A stretch of DNA of 55,280 nucleotides from a virus. Its lineage: Duplodnaviria > Caudoviricetes. This document shows, one piece after another, positions 8,273-16,408 of the stretch. The stretch covers positions 1 through 55,280 of IMG/VR virus record IMGVR_UViG_3300033273_000069. One strand, written 5' to 3'. Below the pieces are notes generated by a model, which had not been told where the DNA came from, ran no database searches, and saw nothing but the letters and a program-made list of their open reading frames with translations. Numbering within the stretch: position 1 is the first letter of the stretch; each line of letters opens with the position of its first letter. A program made the position numbers and the translations under genes.

Positions 8273-9283
8273 CTACGCAAGGGACATCACGGCTGCTTTA
8301 TGATCTTCGAAGGTCGTGTTCATGTAGCGCATGACCATCTTTAGATCGCTGTGCCCAAGTAGATCGGCGATCACTTTGGGCGGTACTCCGTTACGCGCAA
8401 GACGCGTAGCGAATGTGTGTCGTAAGGCGTAAGGCGACTTGGTGATACCAAGTTTGTCAGTGACCTTGCGCCAGTGGTATCCGATCTGTTTGTTCGTTTC
8501 GAAGGCGCGGCCTTCGAGTAAGAACGGATACGTGTGCGGTGGCGGATCGCTCCGTGGGATTGTCGCGAGTGCATTGTCGTTTAGGGGCACCCGACGCTCC
8601 CTGAGTTCTCCGTTTGCGCCCTTATACGAACCGAGGACTACAGTGTTGTTGCTGAAGTCTACGTTGTCGTAGGTTAGACGCATCGCCTCAATCGGACGCG
8701 CACCAGTATGCAGAAGGAAGTTGCAAAGGCGGCGGATGTCAGGATGCAAGTCGGGAAAGATTGCGTCGATCTCTTCTTGCGATAACGTATCCGTTTTGTG
8801 TTTACCTTCGCGCGGCTTCTTCAGCTTTATGGTGTCGCGTAACCCGAGGGATGCTGCAAAGTTTAGAACACCTTGGAGTTGGTTGAGGTCACGCCTTATG
8901 GTTGAGTTGGCGTTGCCCTTGTTGACATGCTTCTCTTCGACATATTCTTCGATGTCGTTCAAGTCGATCTTGTTGACTTGGAAGTCTCCGAAATAATCTA
9001 CGAGACGCATGACGTACTCCTGTGTTGACTTGCTGCTCCCAGTATGGGGCGACTTGAGATAGCGACGAGCGACTGAACGGAATTTGTTTTGTGCTCCGTG
9101 TATGGATTTCTGTCCGAGCTTGATGTGACCCGCTAGAACTTTTGCTTCGTACTCCGCTGCTAATTCTTTTGCGTGTACGTAGTCGGCTGTACCTAGTGAG
9201 TGTCGGACGCGAAAGCCTTGCCAGTTGCCAACCGCGTAGTAAAATTTGCCACCGCTGCGCTTCTTTACTTTGAAGAGTGGCAA
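8273..9283 (-). CDS. int: Tyrosine recombinase/integrase
   Basis: TGAR, YALRHTFAT, LLGHSD, MRY catalytic motifs; N-terminal arm-binding-like region; adjacent to the tRNA fragment. Confidence 0.95.
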   Translation of the reverse strand: MPLFKVKKRSGGKFYYAVGNWQGFRVRHSLGTADYVHAKELAAEYEAKVLAGHIKLGQKSIHGAQNKFRSVARRYLKSPHTGSSKSTQEYVMRLVDYFGDFQVNKIDLNDIEEYVEEKHVNKGNANSTIRRDLNQLQGVLNFAASLGLRDTIKLKKPREGKHKTDTLSQEEIDAIFPDLHPDIRRLCNFLLHTGARPIEAMRLTYDNVDFSNNTVVLGSYKGANGELRERRVPLNDNALATIPRSDPPPHTYPFLLEGRAFETNKQIGYHWRKVTDKLGITKSPYALRHTFATRLARNGVPPKVIADLLGHSDLKMVMRYMNTTFEDHKAAVMSLA

Positions 9284-9286
9284 GCG

Positions 9287-9742
9287 TTAGTCCTCCTTTC
9301 TGTATAGTGCTGCGTGTGGGTCAGGCACATTTGGATCGTACGTTCGTGCCCAGTCGATTGGTATGCCGCCTGAACTGCGAGCGTATTCGGTAGGGTCTAC
9401 GCGGTCGAGGATGTCGTTAAAAACGAGTGCTGCTTGCCCTCTAGTTTTTGTGCCGACCTTCTTACACACGGCCCTTACATGTAGCTTAACAGTATTCTCT
9501 GCGATATTTAGGACGTCCCCAATATTTTTATTGGCCCATCCCTCTATGAGTAGTTGTGCAGTTATGTGCTGCTTGGCAGTCATAGTTCGGAGCAAAGAGA
9601 GTTCGGCGGGGGACACGGTGCTATAAGCATCTGATATAGACGGCGCATCCTTACCCTGCTGTAGGAGAAGATTAGTGATAATGTCGAGCTTGGCTTCAAG
9701 ACGAGCAAGCTCAAAGCGAAGTGCAGTATTTGTACTAGACAT
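9287..9742 (-). CDS. LuxR/GerE-type HTH transcription regulator (no ligand-binding domain evident)
   Basis: MTAKQHITAQLLIEGWANKNIGDVLNIAENTVKLHVRAVCKK...TRGQA matches the LuxR C-terminal HTH pattern; likely start ATG 9742. Confidence 0.85.
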   Translation of the reverse strand: MSSTNTALRFELARLEAKLDIITNLLLQQGKDAPSISDAYSTVSPAELSLLRTMTAKQHITAQLLIEGWANKNIGDVLNIAENTVKLHVRAVCKKVGTKTRGQAALVFNDILDRVDPTEYARSSGGIPIDWARTYDPNVPDPHAALYRKED

Positions 9743-9805
9743 TGTATCATTTTGATCCGTGATAGTTGATGATTGATGACGCCCAAGTTGTTGTGGGCTA
9801 TCTGG

Positions 9806-9835
9806 AATGTAGTGTTTATGATACATCTATGTCAA
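9806..9835 (-). promoter_or_regulatory. Promoter of the luxR-like gene with an operator in the spacer
   Basis: TTGACA-N18-TACATT; the spacer contains ATGTATCATAAACACTAC, 17/18 identical to 15917-15934. Confidence 0.7.
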
Positions 9836-9972
9836 CACCTTTCGTTTACGAAAGGCTCCCCTATTGCGCAACCTATTGATTACTCATGATAAAAATTTGC
9901 ATTTAGTTAGCAGTCGTGGAAGTGAGTAGCGACTTCTTAAGACTATCTAATTTCGTGCACACTGGTGTAAAC

Positions 9973-10188
9973 CTATACGCCGCAGACCTTTTGGTGTGTC
10001 TCGTTGTGGATTAGTACGTCTAAGAGAAGCTCTTGATCCCTCTCCATCAACCAGTCGATTGTGTCCTGACTGTCAAAATACATAGGTGAGGCTATGTCGC
10101 AGTACGTATCACCGCTTATCTTTGCGCACCCACTTATTAGCACGGTCAACAAGGTAAGGGTCATCAAGGCTACGTATTTCATCGTCAA
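9973..10188 (-). CDS. Outer-membrane spanin-like lipoprotein (Rz1-like)
   Basis: Signal peptide with lipobox LISG-C; overlaps the 3' end of the preceding TM gene in another frame. Confidence 0.75.
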   Translation of the reverse strand: MTMKYVALMTLTLLTVLISGCAKISGDTYCDIASPMYFDSQDTIDWLMERDQELLLDVLIHNETHQKVCGV

Positions 10189-10348
10189 TTTCTTTCTGGG
10201 TTTTGAGGTGGGATATACGCTTCTCGTCTATCTTGCGTTTTACTTTATCGGTTCCCCGCGCGACGCCTGCCGAATAAATGCCAAGCAAGCCGAGTACGAA
10301 TGAAACGGCAATAAGGCCGTAGAGTTGTAGTTTTGATATGCCGAACAT
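10109..10348 (-). CDS. Inner-membrane spanin-like protein (Rz-like)
   Basis: N-terminal TM helix + charged helical tail, immediately after the endolysin. Confidence 0.7.
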   Translation of the reverse strand: MFGISKLQLYGLIAVSFVLGLLGIYSAGVARGTDKVKRKIDEKRISHLKTQKEIDDEIRSLDDPYLVDRANKWVRKDKR

Positions 10349-10351
10349 TGT

Positions 10352-11020
10352 TTAGTGCCAGCCTTCTGCCCATGCTTTAAGACGTTCCCTCATTATATAC
10401 AGACCAAACAAGATGGTGATGCCTGCAAATCCGAGGATGATGTACTGTGCTGTTTCGTTCATGCCAGAAAGAGCGGTGATGGTTGTGCCTGCGGATGCGG
10501 CGACAGTAGCGGCGGATGCCTTTACTGTTTTTGACTGAGCGGGTTTCGTACGCTCTGGTTTCTTTGCCGTAGCTTCAGAAAGGTTTACGCCAGCCAGCCA
10601 TTTTTGCACGCGGAAACCTGGGCACGCTTTTGTACTTAGCTTATTGTGACCGATGACGTTCTCGTTCTTTACGTTGTACTGATCTTGCAGTTCTTTGATG
10701 AGTGCGTGCAGGCGAGCAAGTTGTACGGGCGTGTAGTGTTCCGTTGCGAGGTCGTCAGCATCGGAGCCAAACCCGCCGATGAGGCAGATAGCGATGGAGC
10801 CTTCGTTGTGTCCCTTCTGGGCGGCAGGGGTTTTTTCTAGGGGGCGGCCCATGACGGCTTCCCCAGCGCGTGAAATCACGTACGAATATCCGATCATGTC
10901 GAAGCCACGTTCGCGATGCCAGCGATCTATTTCTTTTAGTTGCGCGTTGATGCCTTCGTCTGCCATCCATTCTGGGCGTGTGGCGGAGCAGTGTACGACT
11001 ATCTTGTCTATCTTTCTCAT
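10352..11020 (-). CDS. N-acetylmuramoyl-L-alanine amidase endolysin (T7 lysozyme-like) with C-terminal hydrophobic anchor
   Basis: IVVHCSAT, WHRERGF..IGY, IGHN...KACPGF motifs; C-terminal Ala-rich and TM segments. Confidence 0.92.
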   Translation of the reverse strand: MRKIDKIVVHCSATRPEWMADEGINAQLKEIDRWHRERGFDMIGYSYVISRAGEAVMGRPLEKTPAAQKGHNEGSIAICLIGGFGSDADDLATEHYTPVQLARLHALIKELQDQYNVKNENVIGHNKLSTKACPGFRVQKWLAGVNLSEATAKKPERTKPAQSKTVKASAATVAASAGTTITALSGMNETAQYIILGFAGITILFGLYIMRERLKAWAEGWH

Positions 11021-11415
11021 AAGGAAAACTCCCGTCGTAAAGTTTCAGTTTGATGTTCAGCAGTGAACAAGTCGGGATTTATCTTAATGGTTAATGGGGG
11101 TATGTCGTCCCATCTGCGGGCGAACATAAGTTCGAGATCGAGGGCGACGAATATGTAGACACCATCGTACGCAGGCTTGCGTGCTTCGTTGACCTTGAAG
11201 TGGTAACGAGGCTGCGGATTGATACGGTCTTTGCGCAGGTGTGGCTTGCGTGCAGACTTTACTTGTACGCGGATGATGTCTCCGTCTGGGTGTGCTGCCC
11301 AGAGATCATCGTAGGGTAGGTCTACGTGACTGACACGAAGTCCTAAGTTTTCTAATGTATATGCTACGAAAAATTCAGCGGAGCGTCCGCTATAGATGTT
11401 TTGTTGGCTAGACAA
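11017..11415 (-). CDS. PD-(D/E)xK-family endonuclease-like protein
   Basis: GRSAEFFVAY...YDDLW...IRVQVKS pattern. Confidence 0.75.
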   Translation of the reverse strand: MSSQQNIYSGRSAEFFVAYTLENLGLRVSHVDLPYDDLWAAHPDGDIIRVQVKSARKPHLRKDRINPQPRYHFKVNEARKPAYDGVYIFVALDLELMFARRWDDIPPLTIKINPDLFTAEHQTETLRREFSL

Positions 11416-11691
11416 TTATCTGTTTCGCAGAAGTGTCTCCAAGTGAATGATGGTGGTCTTGGCTGTTGATAGGTCTGAACGGAGTTCTGCGATCTCCCCT
11501 AGTAGTTGCTCTATTTGATCGGTCTTTTCGTCTAGCTTGTTAGCTAGTCTATCGACCTGTTGTTTGAGGGTTGTTTGGTATTCTGCGTTCGCGTCCCGCC
11601 GTTGTTTCTCTCTCATGGACATGAATGACCAGAAGCCTGCGCTGCCAATCAATGCGACTGCAATGGTAATGATATGTTCGATACCCACCAC
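11416..11691 (-). CDS. Holin-like membrane protein (one TM + coiled coil)
   Basis: IITIAVALIGSAGFW TM followed by heptad repeats; located in the lysis cassette. Confidence 0.65.
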   Translation of the reverse strand: MVGIEHIITIAVALIGSAGFWSFMSMREKQRRDANAEYQTTLKQQVDRLANKLDEKTDQIEQLLGEIAELRSDLSTAKTTIIHLETLLRNR

Positions 11692-11698
11692 GGTTCCC

Positions 11699-11932
11699 TC
11701 AAGTTCTGCTATCGGCTTTCGGCTGCGAAGCGTTAAGCGTAGCAGCAGCCGCCGTTTGTTTCATATCTATACAACGTGTCACGTACGACGCGTTGGGTGG
11801 CTTAGTCTGTTCTAACATTTGCTCGTACTCGTAGCGTGCTACGAGACAAGACTTTTGATCTGCGAAGATCACAGGCATTGCATTGACCTTATACTGCGTG
11901 CCGATCATGAGGATGGCGAGAAGTACGTACAT
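11699..11932 (-). CDS. Small hypothetical protein with hydrophobic N-terminus and a Cys pair
   Basis: TAATG coupling to the upstream gene. Confidence 0.65.
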   Translation of the reverse strand: MYVLLAILMIGTQYKVNAMPVIFADQKSCLVARYEYEQMLEQTKPPNASYVTRCIDMKQTAAAATLNASQPKADSRT

Positions 11933-12408
11933 TAGATCAGCCCCCGTACTGAGGCGACGTAATAGAACAGGCCGCCTAAGAATGTTACGAAGATGACACC
12001 CGCAGCGATGTAGCCGTACAGTTCCATTCGTTCTTCTTGAGCTTTGGCTGCGGCTCGCTTTGCTTCCGCACGCTTCTTACGCATCTCGGCCTCGAAACTT
12101 ACGAAGCGATCCCAACTGCCTGGGCGACCGTAGAGTTTCATCATGCTCTCAAGATTTTTACGGTTCTCTCGCATCTGTTCGAGACACTGGAACGCCTCGA
12201 AATCTGAGGCCGACTTACCCAACATTTTATTTAGGGGAGAGTTTTTTTGTTTTTCGACTTGCTGCTTTAGCTGATCTTCGCTGTCGATCACCACGCCGAT
12301 CTTGTCCATTACGGTAGTGAGTTCACGACCGTTCTGGATGCACGTCTTGATGGTGCTGTAAGCTGCGTTACACGCGCTTGCTATTGCGAGGACTTCGGCT
12401 ACTGGCAC
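11932..12408 (-). CDS. Conserved phage membrane protein (C-terminal TM, coiled coil)
   Basis: GGAG RBS before GTG 12408 (MPVAEVLAIASA...); C-terminal TM. Confidence 0.75.
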   Translation of the reverse strand: MPVAEVLAIASACNAAYSTIKTCIQNGRELTTVMDKIGVVIDSEDQLKQQVEKQKNSPLNKMLGKSASDFEAFQCLEQMRENRKNLESMMKLYGRPGSWDRFVSFEAEMRKKRAEAKRAAAKAQEERMELYGYIAAGVIFVTFLGGLFYYVASVRGLI

Positions 12409-12520
12409 GACGAACAACTCCGTTGACTGACACGGTTGTCTTAGGTGTTCGTAAATTTTTCGTGTACGCAGACTTAGCTGCGCGACCACGCTTTGAGTTT
12501 GATTTTGGTTTACGTGCCAT
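12368..12520 (-). CDS. Tiny highly basic protein (50 aa, MARKPKSNSKRGRAAK...; not in ORF track)
   Basis: Open frame translated by hand; ATG lies 6 nt after the -10 of a GGACGAC promoter; Arg/Lys/Ser-rich. Confidence 0.55.
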   Translation of the reverse strand: MARKPKSNSKRGRAAKSAYTKNLRTPKTTVSVNGVVRRASSRSPRNSKRV

Positions 12521-12526
12521 TCATAG

Positions 12527-12557
12527 AACATAACGGATATGCAAAAAGCTGTCGTCC
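12527..12557 (-). promoter_or_regulatory. GGACGAC-type late promoter of the lysis cassette
   Basis: GGACGAC-N18-TATGTT in the intergenic gap. Confidence 0.6.
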
Positions 12558-12934
12558 TAGATCAGCCCTTTTTGTAGTAACAGTGCTGTGTAAAGTTGAC
12601 GCCAATCCTTCAGGCGCATGACGACAAGACTGTCGTTGAGTGCTTCTTGATTACGCCGTGTGATTACGACTGGCGCTTCGGGTGAGCGAGTATCTTTGAT
12701 GTTGCGTTCGGCCTGTGCCATAGCGTCCCGAAAGTTCAGACGTTCTACGCGCTTTGCCTCGATGAATATTTCGGGTGTACCGAGGATGTCAGCGCCGCCT
12801 GCTTGAAGGCCGACCTTTCCGCCTCCGCTAAGGGGCGCACGTTGGCAACGATCTTCACAGAAGATGTGCTCGTTGAACCACTTTGCCAAATCGTTTTCGT
12901 ACTTGTCGCCTTTGCGCTTCTGTGGATTTCCCAT
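12557..12934 (-). CDS. Holliday junction resolvase-like nuclease (Hjc/PD-(D/E)xK)
   Basis: KRKGDKYENDLA...RAPLSGG...ADI...IEAKRVE. Confidence 0.85.
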   Translation of the reverse strand: MGNPQKRKGDKYENDLAKWFNEHIFCEDRCQRAPLSGGGKVGLQAGGADILGTPEIFIEAKRVERLNFRDAMAQAERNIKDTRSPEAPVVITRRNQEALNDSLVVMRLKDWRQLYTALLLQKGLI

Positions 12935-13294
12935 TTACCAAGGAACCTCTGGTTTGTACGGCTTCTTGCGAGCCTGCGTTTCATTGTTCTGCTCTTCGTA
13001 GGAAACGCGAGCAGCGTCTGCTTCCCTGTCTAGGCATGGGTCACACCTAAACTGGTTTTTTGGTCTTGCCTTCGTGCATCCGCACATAAGACAAGGCCGC
13101 CTCCATTTTTTAGGAGACGGCTTGATCTGGTACTTGGCCCCTGGAAAATATTGAAGATTGAGGCGCATCAGTATTCTCTTGAGCGTGTCTACGCACACCG
13201 AGTATCGTTCTGCTAGTGCCTTGTGCGTGAAGTCGTTGTGATGATTACGGAGCCAAGCTACCTCTTCGTCTGGTAGCTTTGTTCTTCGTGCCAT
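12935..13294 (-). CDS. HTH + C4 zinc-finger regulator (GcrA-like architecture; candidate late activator)
   Basis: DEEVAWL...THKALAERYSVCVDTLKRILMRLNL HTH and CLMC...CDPC; start re-assigned to ATG 13294. Confidence 0.65.
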   Translation of the reverse strand: MARRTKLPDEEVAWLRNHHNDFTHKALAERYSVCVDTLKRILMRLNLQYFPGAKYQIKPSPKKWRRPCLMCGCTKARPKNQFRCDPCLDREADAARVSYEEQNNETQARKKPYKPEVPW

Positions 13295-13716
13295 TGCCGC
13301 CTTCGCAATTATTTCCTGCGTGAACATGTTATGTCTTGTAGCAAATACACAACTTTTAGTAAACGTACGGTCGTAAAAAATATCTCCGTACGTATTGACT
13401 TTTCCGACAAAGACGATAAAATCGCAAGCGATGTAGGCGACTGCAAGCGAGTTCGCCGATGCGGTAGCATCTGCGAACGAGAGCAGGACAAAGACGTAAG
13501 AGAGCAGCGATTTTATCGGTTTCGATACGAACGCTGTACGCACAGAAAAAAAGATTTCCTGAGAAATTTTTTGCAAATAATTTTGTTGAAGTGTGTCTTA
13601 AACTTATGCTAAACTTTAGTTGTTGAAGTTGGTCGTGGTGAGGGGTTCATCTCTTGCTGCGGCTTAAATAAATGCTTGGTGGATGCCTGTTCCATCTGCT
13701 CCAAAATTTCAAACTG

Positions 13717-13747
13717 AAAGCGCCCCACTTGGAGGCGCTTTTTTTTT
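13717..13747 (+). terminator. Hairpin terminator at the end of the primase gene, with its long T-tract on the + strand
   Basis: AAAGCGCC-ccacttgga-GGCGCTTT followed by a further T run. Confidence 0.75.
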
Positions 13748-15695
13748 ACTGCGAGTTAGATACCCACGATGCGGTTGATGTTTCTCTTATTGGCCTTGTC
13801 CATTCTTCTACTGTGGATACTGGACGACCAACCCGATCAGCAATCTCCAAGTCAGATAACGGTGGGCGAGTTGCCCCCGATGCATCAGACCACTCCTGCG
13901 CAAAAGTAAGTGCGCGTTGCTTGGCTGTCTTAGGCGCAATGACAGACACCGTATCGTCAGTCTGTGATGATGCGAACGCCATGTTGTAGACAGGCTCGTG
14001 TGCGTCTGACCATTCACGTACCTTGCCGAAGCGAAGCTGCATCATCACATCGAGGCGCTTGTGCTCTGCGTCAGCGGCTGCCTGCATATCTACGAACGGA
14101 GATGCGGGGATTGTCTCTTCATAGATACCCGCCTTTACGTCAGCCGTTTCCTTGTCCCAGAATACTTGCGTGACTTTGATCTGGGTTTCGAGGACGGTCA
14201 ACTGGTTCGAGCTACCTGCCTCACGACCTGATGCTGTGCCCTCACTTGGCTTGTTGCTGTGGTGTAGTAGCCATACGCATAGCCCTGCGTTCCGTAACTT
14301 GAGGCAGAGTTGGTTGATGTACCCCCACTGTTCTGCTGAGTTCTCTTGCAATCCAGGGAAGGCCGAACGGATCGTGTCAATCACAACGTGCGTAGGCTTC
14401 GTAGCTTTGATCCACTGCTCGAAGTTCTTGATACCCGCTTCGTTCATCAGGTTCATGTCTCGGTCGTCATGGAAAGGTGCCCAGATCATGAAGTTATTTC
14501 CTGCATCACCGAAGCTACGTTTAGAGCGATCTAAAAACTTAGCGATGTTTGCTCGGCTGTTCTCGAAGTCGAAGTACAAAACTTTCGATGTCTTGTTTAG
14601 ATCAAATGGGCCGAAGCGATACTGCCCAGAGCTTGCTGCGTACAGTAGGTTTCGTACGAACATTGACTTACCGTGACCAGAGTAACCGAACACCTGAATG
14701 ATTGTCCCTGTCGTTGGCGCAATCGGGTCAATGAAAAACTCCCTTTGATCTAAGTAGGACTGTAGCGCGAAAAGGTCGCTCGTAGTGATCGGCTTCAGGA
14801 GGCGTGGCTTTGGCTGCTCTGGTACCACTTTCTCGGGCGCTACGTTGCCCTTGCGTACCTCATTCTCCTCGGCTCGCTCACACATCTGGCGAACCTTGCT
14901 GTCCTCGATGGGGTTCTGGAAGAATGCATCCATGAAACGATACGCACCATCGACAAGTTCTTCGCCGCGATCACCCTGCCCTGCAAGTGACGATATGTAC
15001 TTATACAGACGATCATCACGACCGTTGCCACCACCATCAGGAAGTTTGCCAACACGCGCCACCAGTTCTTCAGTGCGCTGCCATATAGGCTTGTCTACAT
15101 GTACGTCATTAAGAGACATACCCTCAAAGCGAAATGAGTTGAAGTCTACCACATTTGTTTGGGTGTTCGATGTCCCAGCCAGATCGTGTAGGCGTGGTGC
15201 GTACACTGGAAGATCATCAAAGTCGTGACCCTGTAACATTTCCCACTGGTAATTTTTACTAGGCGGTGCAAGGACGTAACCCTTCGATCCACGTAGATCG
15301 AGGCCGTCAACACGAGGCCAGTCCCGACCATTGCCATCTGCACCAACACGGTTCTTGATCCACCCTGATCCCTTGGGGAACTTGAAGTAGAAGTGCCAAC
15401 CCTTCTTCGTGCGTACAGATATAGGTGTGGACGTCAGCCCATACTTCTTTGCTTCATCGACAGCATTTTCGTTGTCGCAATCTACAACGATAATTTCCGA
15501 CATCTCACCTGTAAGTATGGCGATGTTTGCATTGGGCCACTTCTCGAACCAATCAATCACCTCTTCTTCTGTCGGCATTACGTGGTTGTCTATGTAATGC
15601 CCCCACCTTATGAGCGGCTTCTTTGTGTCAGGGCTGATCGGTATTACCGCCCACCCGTAATCCAGATACTCTAGTGCCGCGTCCAGTATTTCCAT
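13746..15695 (-). CDS. Bifunctional primase-polymerase (Prim-Pol) fused to a RepA/AAA-type helicase
   Basis: NIAILTG..VVDCD, GWHFYF, DLRG.KGYV.APPS; Walker A GYSGHGKS, VVIDT, LHHSNK. Confidence 0.92.
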   Translation of the reverse strand: MEILDAALEYLDYGWAVIPISPDTKKPLIRWGHYIDNHVMPTEEEVIDWFEKWPNANIAILTGEMSEIIVVDCDNENAVDEAKKYGLTSTPISVRTKKGWHFYFKFPKGSGWIKNRVGADGNGRDWPRVDGLDLRGSKGYVLAPPSKNYQWEMLQGHDFDDLPVYAPRLHDLAGTSNTQTNVVDFNSFRFEGMSLNDVHVDKPIWQRTEELVARVGKLPDGGGNGRDDRLYKYISSLAGQGDRGEELVDGAYRFMDAFFQNPIEDSKVRQMCERAEENEVRKGNVAPEKVVPEQPKPRLLKPITTSDLFALQSYLDQREFFIDPIAPTTGTIIQVFGYSGHGKSMFVRNLLYAASSGQYRFGPFDLNKTSKVLYFDFENSRANIAKFLDRSKRSFGDAGNNFMIWAPFHDDRDMNLMNEAGIKNFEQWIKATKPTHVVIDTIRSAFPGLQENSAEQWGYINQLCLKLRNAGLCVWLLHHSNKPSEGTASGREAGSSNQLTVLETQIKVTQVFWDKETADVKAGIYEETIPASPFVDMQAAADAEHKRLDVMMQLRFGKVREWSDAHEPVYNMAFASSQTDDTVSVIAPKTAKQRALTFAQEWSDASGATRPPLSDLEIADRVGRPVSTVEEWTRPIRETSTASWVSNSQ

Positions 15696-15885
15696 ACGTT
15701 GCCTCCGTGAAATATTGATCGAGGTCTAGCGAAGGCCAAACCTCTTTGATTTTTGACAGGTAAGTGGAGGAAACAAAGTCTCTGCGTACCCACCCATACG
15801 GCGTGGTTCGGCAGATGCCCAACGACTTAGCTACAGCGGGTGCCCCACCTAAGTCGTCGATCAGTCTTTGAATATCAAAGTGCAT
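15628..15885 (-). CDS. Cro-like HTH protein
   Basis: LIDDLGGAPAVAKSLGICRTTPYGW pattern; first gene of the leftward replication operon. Confidence 0.8.
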   Translation of the reverse strand: MHFDIQRLIDDLGGAPAVAKSLGICRTTPYGWVRRDFVSSTYLSKIKEVWPSLDLDQYFTEATYGNTGRGTRVSGLRVGGNTDQP

Positions 15886-15901
15886 TTTTTTCGTTTTCCT
15901 C

Positions 15902-15934
15902 TTGCAATAAACTTGAATGTATCATATACACTAC
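15902..15934 (+). promoter_or_regulatory. Divergent promoter/operator region
   Basis: TTGCAA-N17-TATACA; perfect inverted repeat TGTAT-cat-ATACA at 15918-15930. Confidence 0.65.
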
Positions 15935-15988
15935 TACAACACAACCTCTGATCTGTACTTACAGCATCAAATTTCAAGGACAAACATC

Positions 15989-16408
15989 ATGGACGAGATT
16001 ATTTTCGGTGACACCCCTATACAGTTAGCGCCAGTTCATCCTAAGCAGGACAGGCTAAAGGGTCATGCTGCCCAGTATGTCGAAGCCCTTGCAAAGATTG
16101 AACATCTAAAGGCCACAACGGATTACCTTAAAGAAATACTCCTGAGCGATCTACCTGAAGAGGCGGGAGAATATCCCATAGAAATGGACGACGGGCGTAC
16201 GCTTATGATTAAGATACCCGAGAGGTGGTCATGGGATAAAAAGTTGTTGAAAGAGACATACGAAGTTGCAGGGTTGCCTGAGTGTGTCAGCCAAAGTTTC
16301 CTCGTTGATCGGAAGAAGTACGAAGCCGCTCCCGACAACGTGAAGGAAGTGCTGAGAAAAGCACTAACCATCGAATGCGGCTCACCCACAATCAAGGTTC
16401 AGACATGA
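15989..16408 (+). CDS. Hypothetical (Gp157/Gam-like) recombination-module protein
   Basis: AAGGA RBS before ATG 15989; coiled coil + WSWDK motif; upstream of the Sak4-like gene. Confidence 0.65.
   Translation: MDEIIFGDTPIQLAPVHPKQDRLKGHAAQYVEALAKIEHLKATTDYLKEILLSDLPEEAGEYPIEMDDGRTLMIKIPERWSWDKKLLKETYEVAGLPECVSQSFLVDRKKYEAAPDNVKEVLRKALTIECGSPTIKVQT

Noticed and set aside
9287-9742. Quorum-sensing receptor (VqmA/LuxR-like sensor)
   Set aside because: Only ~50 aa precede the HTH; no PAS or autoinducer-binding domain is recognisable
13295-13612. N-terminal extension of the 213-aa ORF and the + strand 93-aa ORF
   Set aside because: Non-protein-like composition; they run through the repeat/hairpin-rich non-coding region
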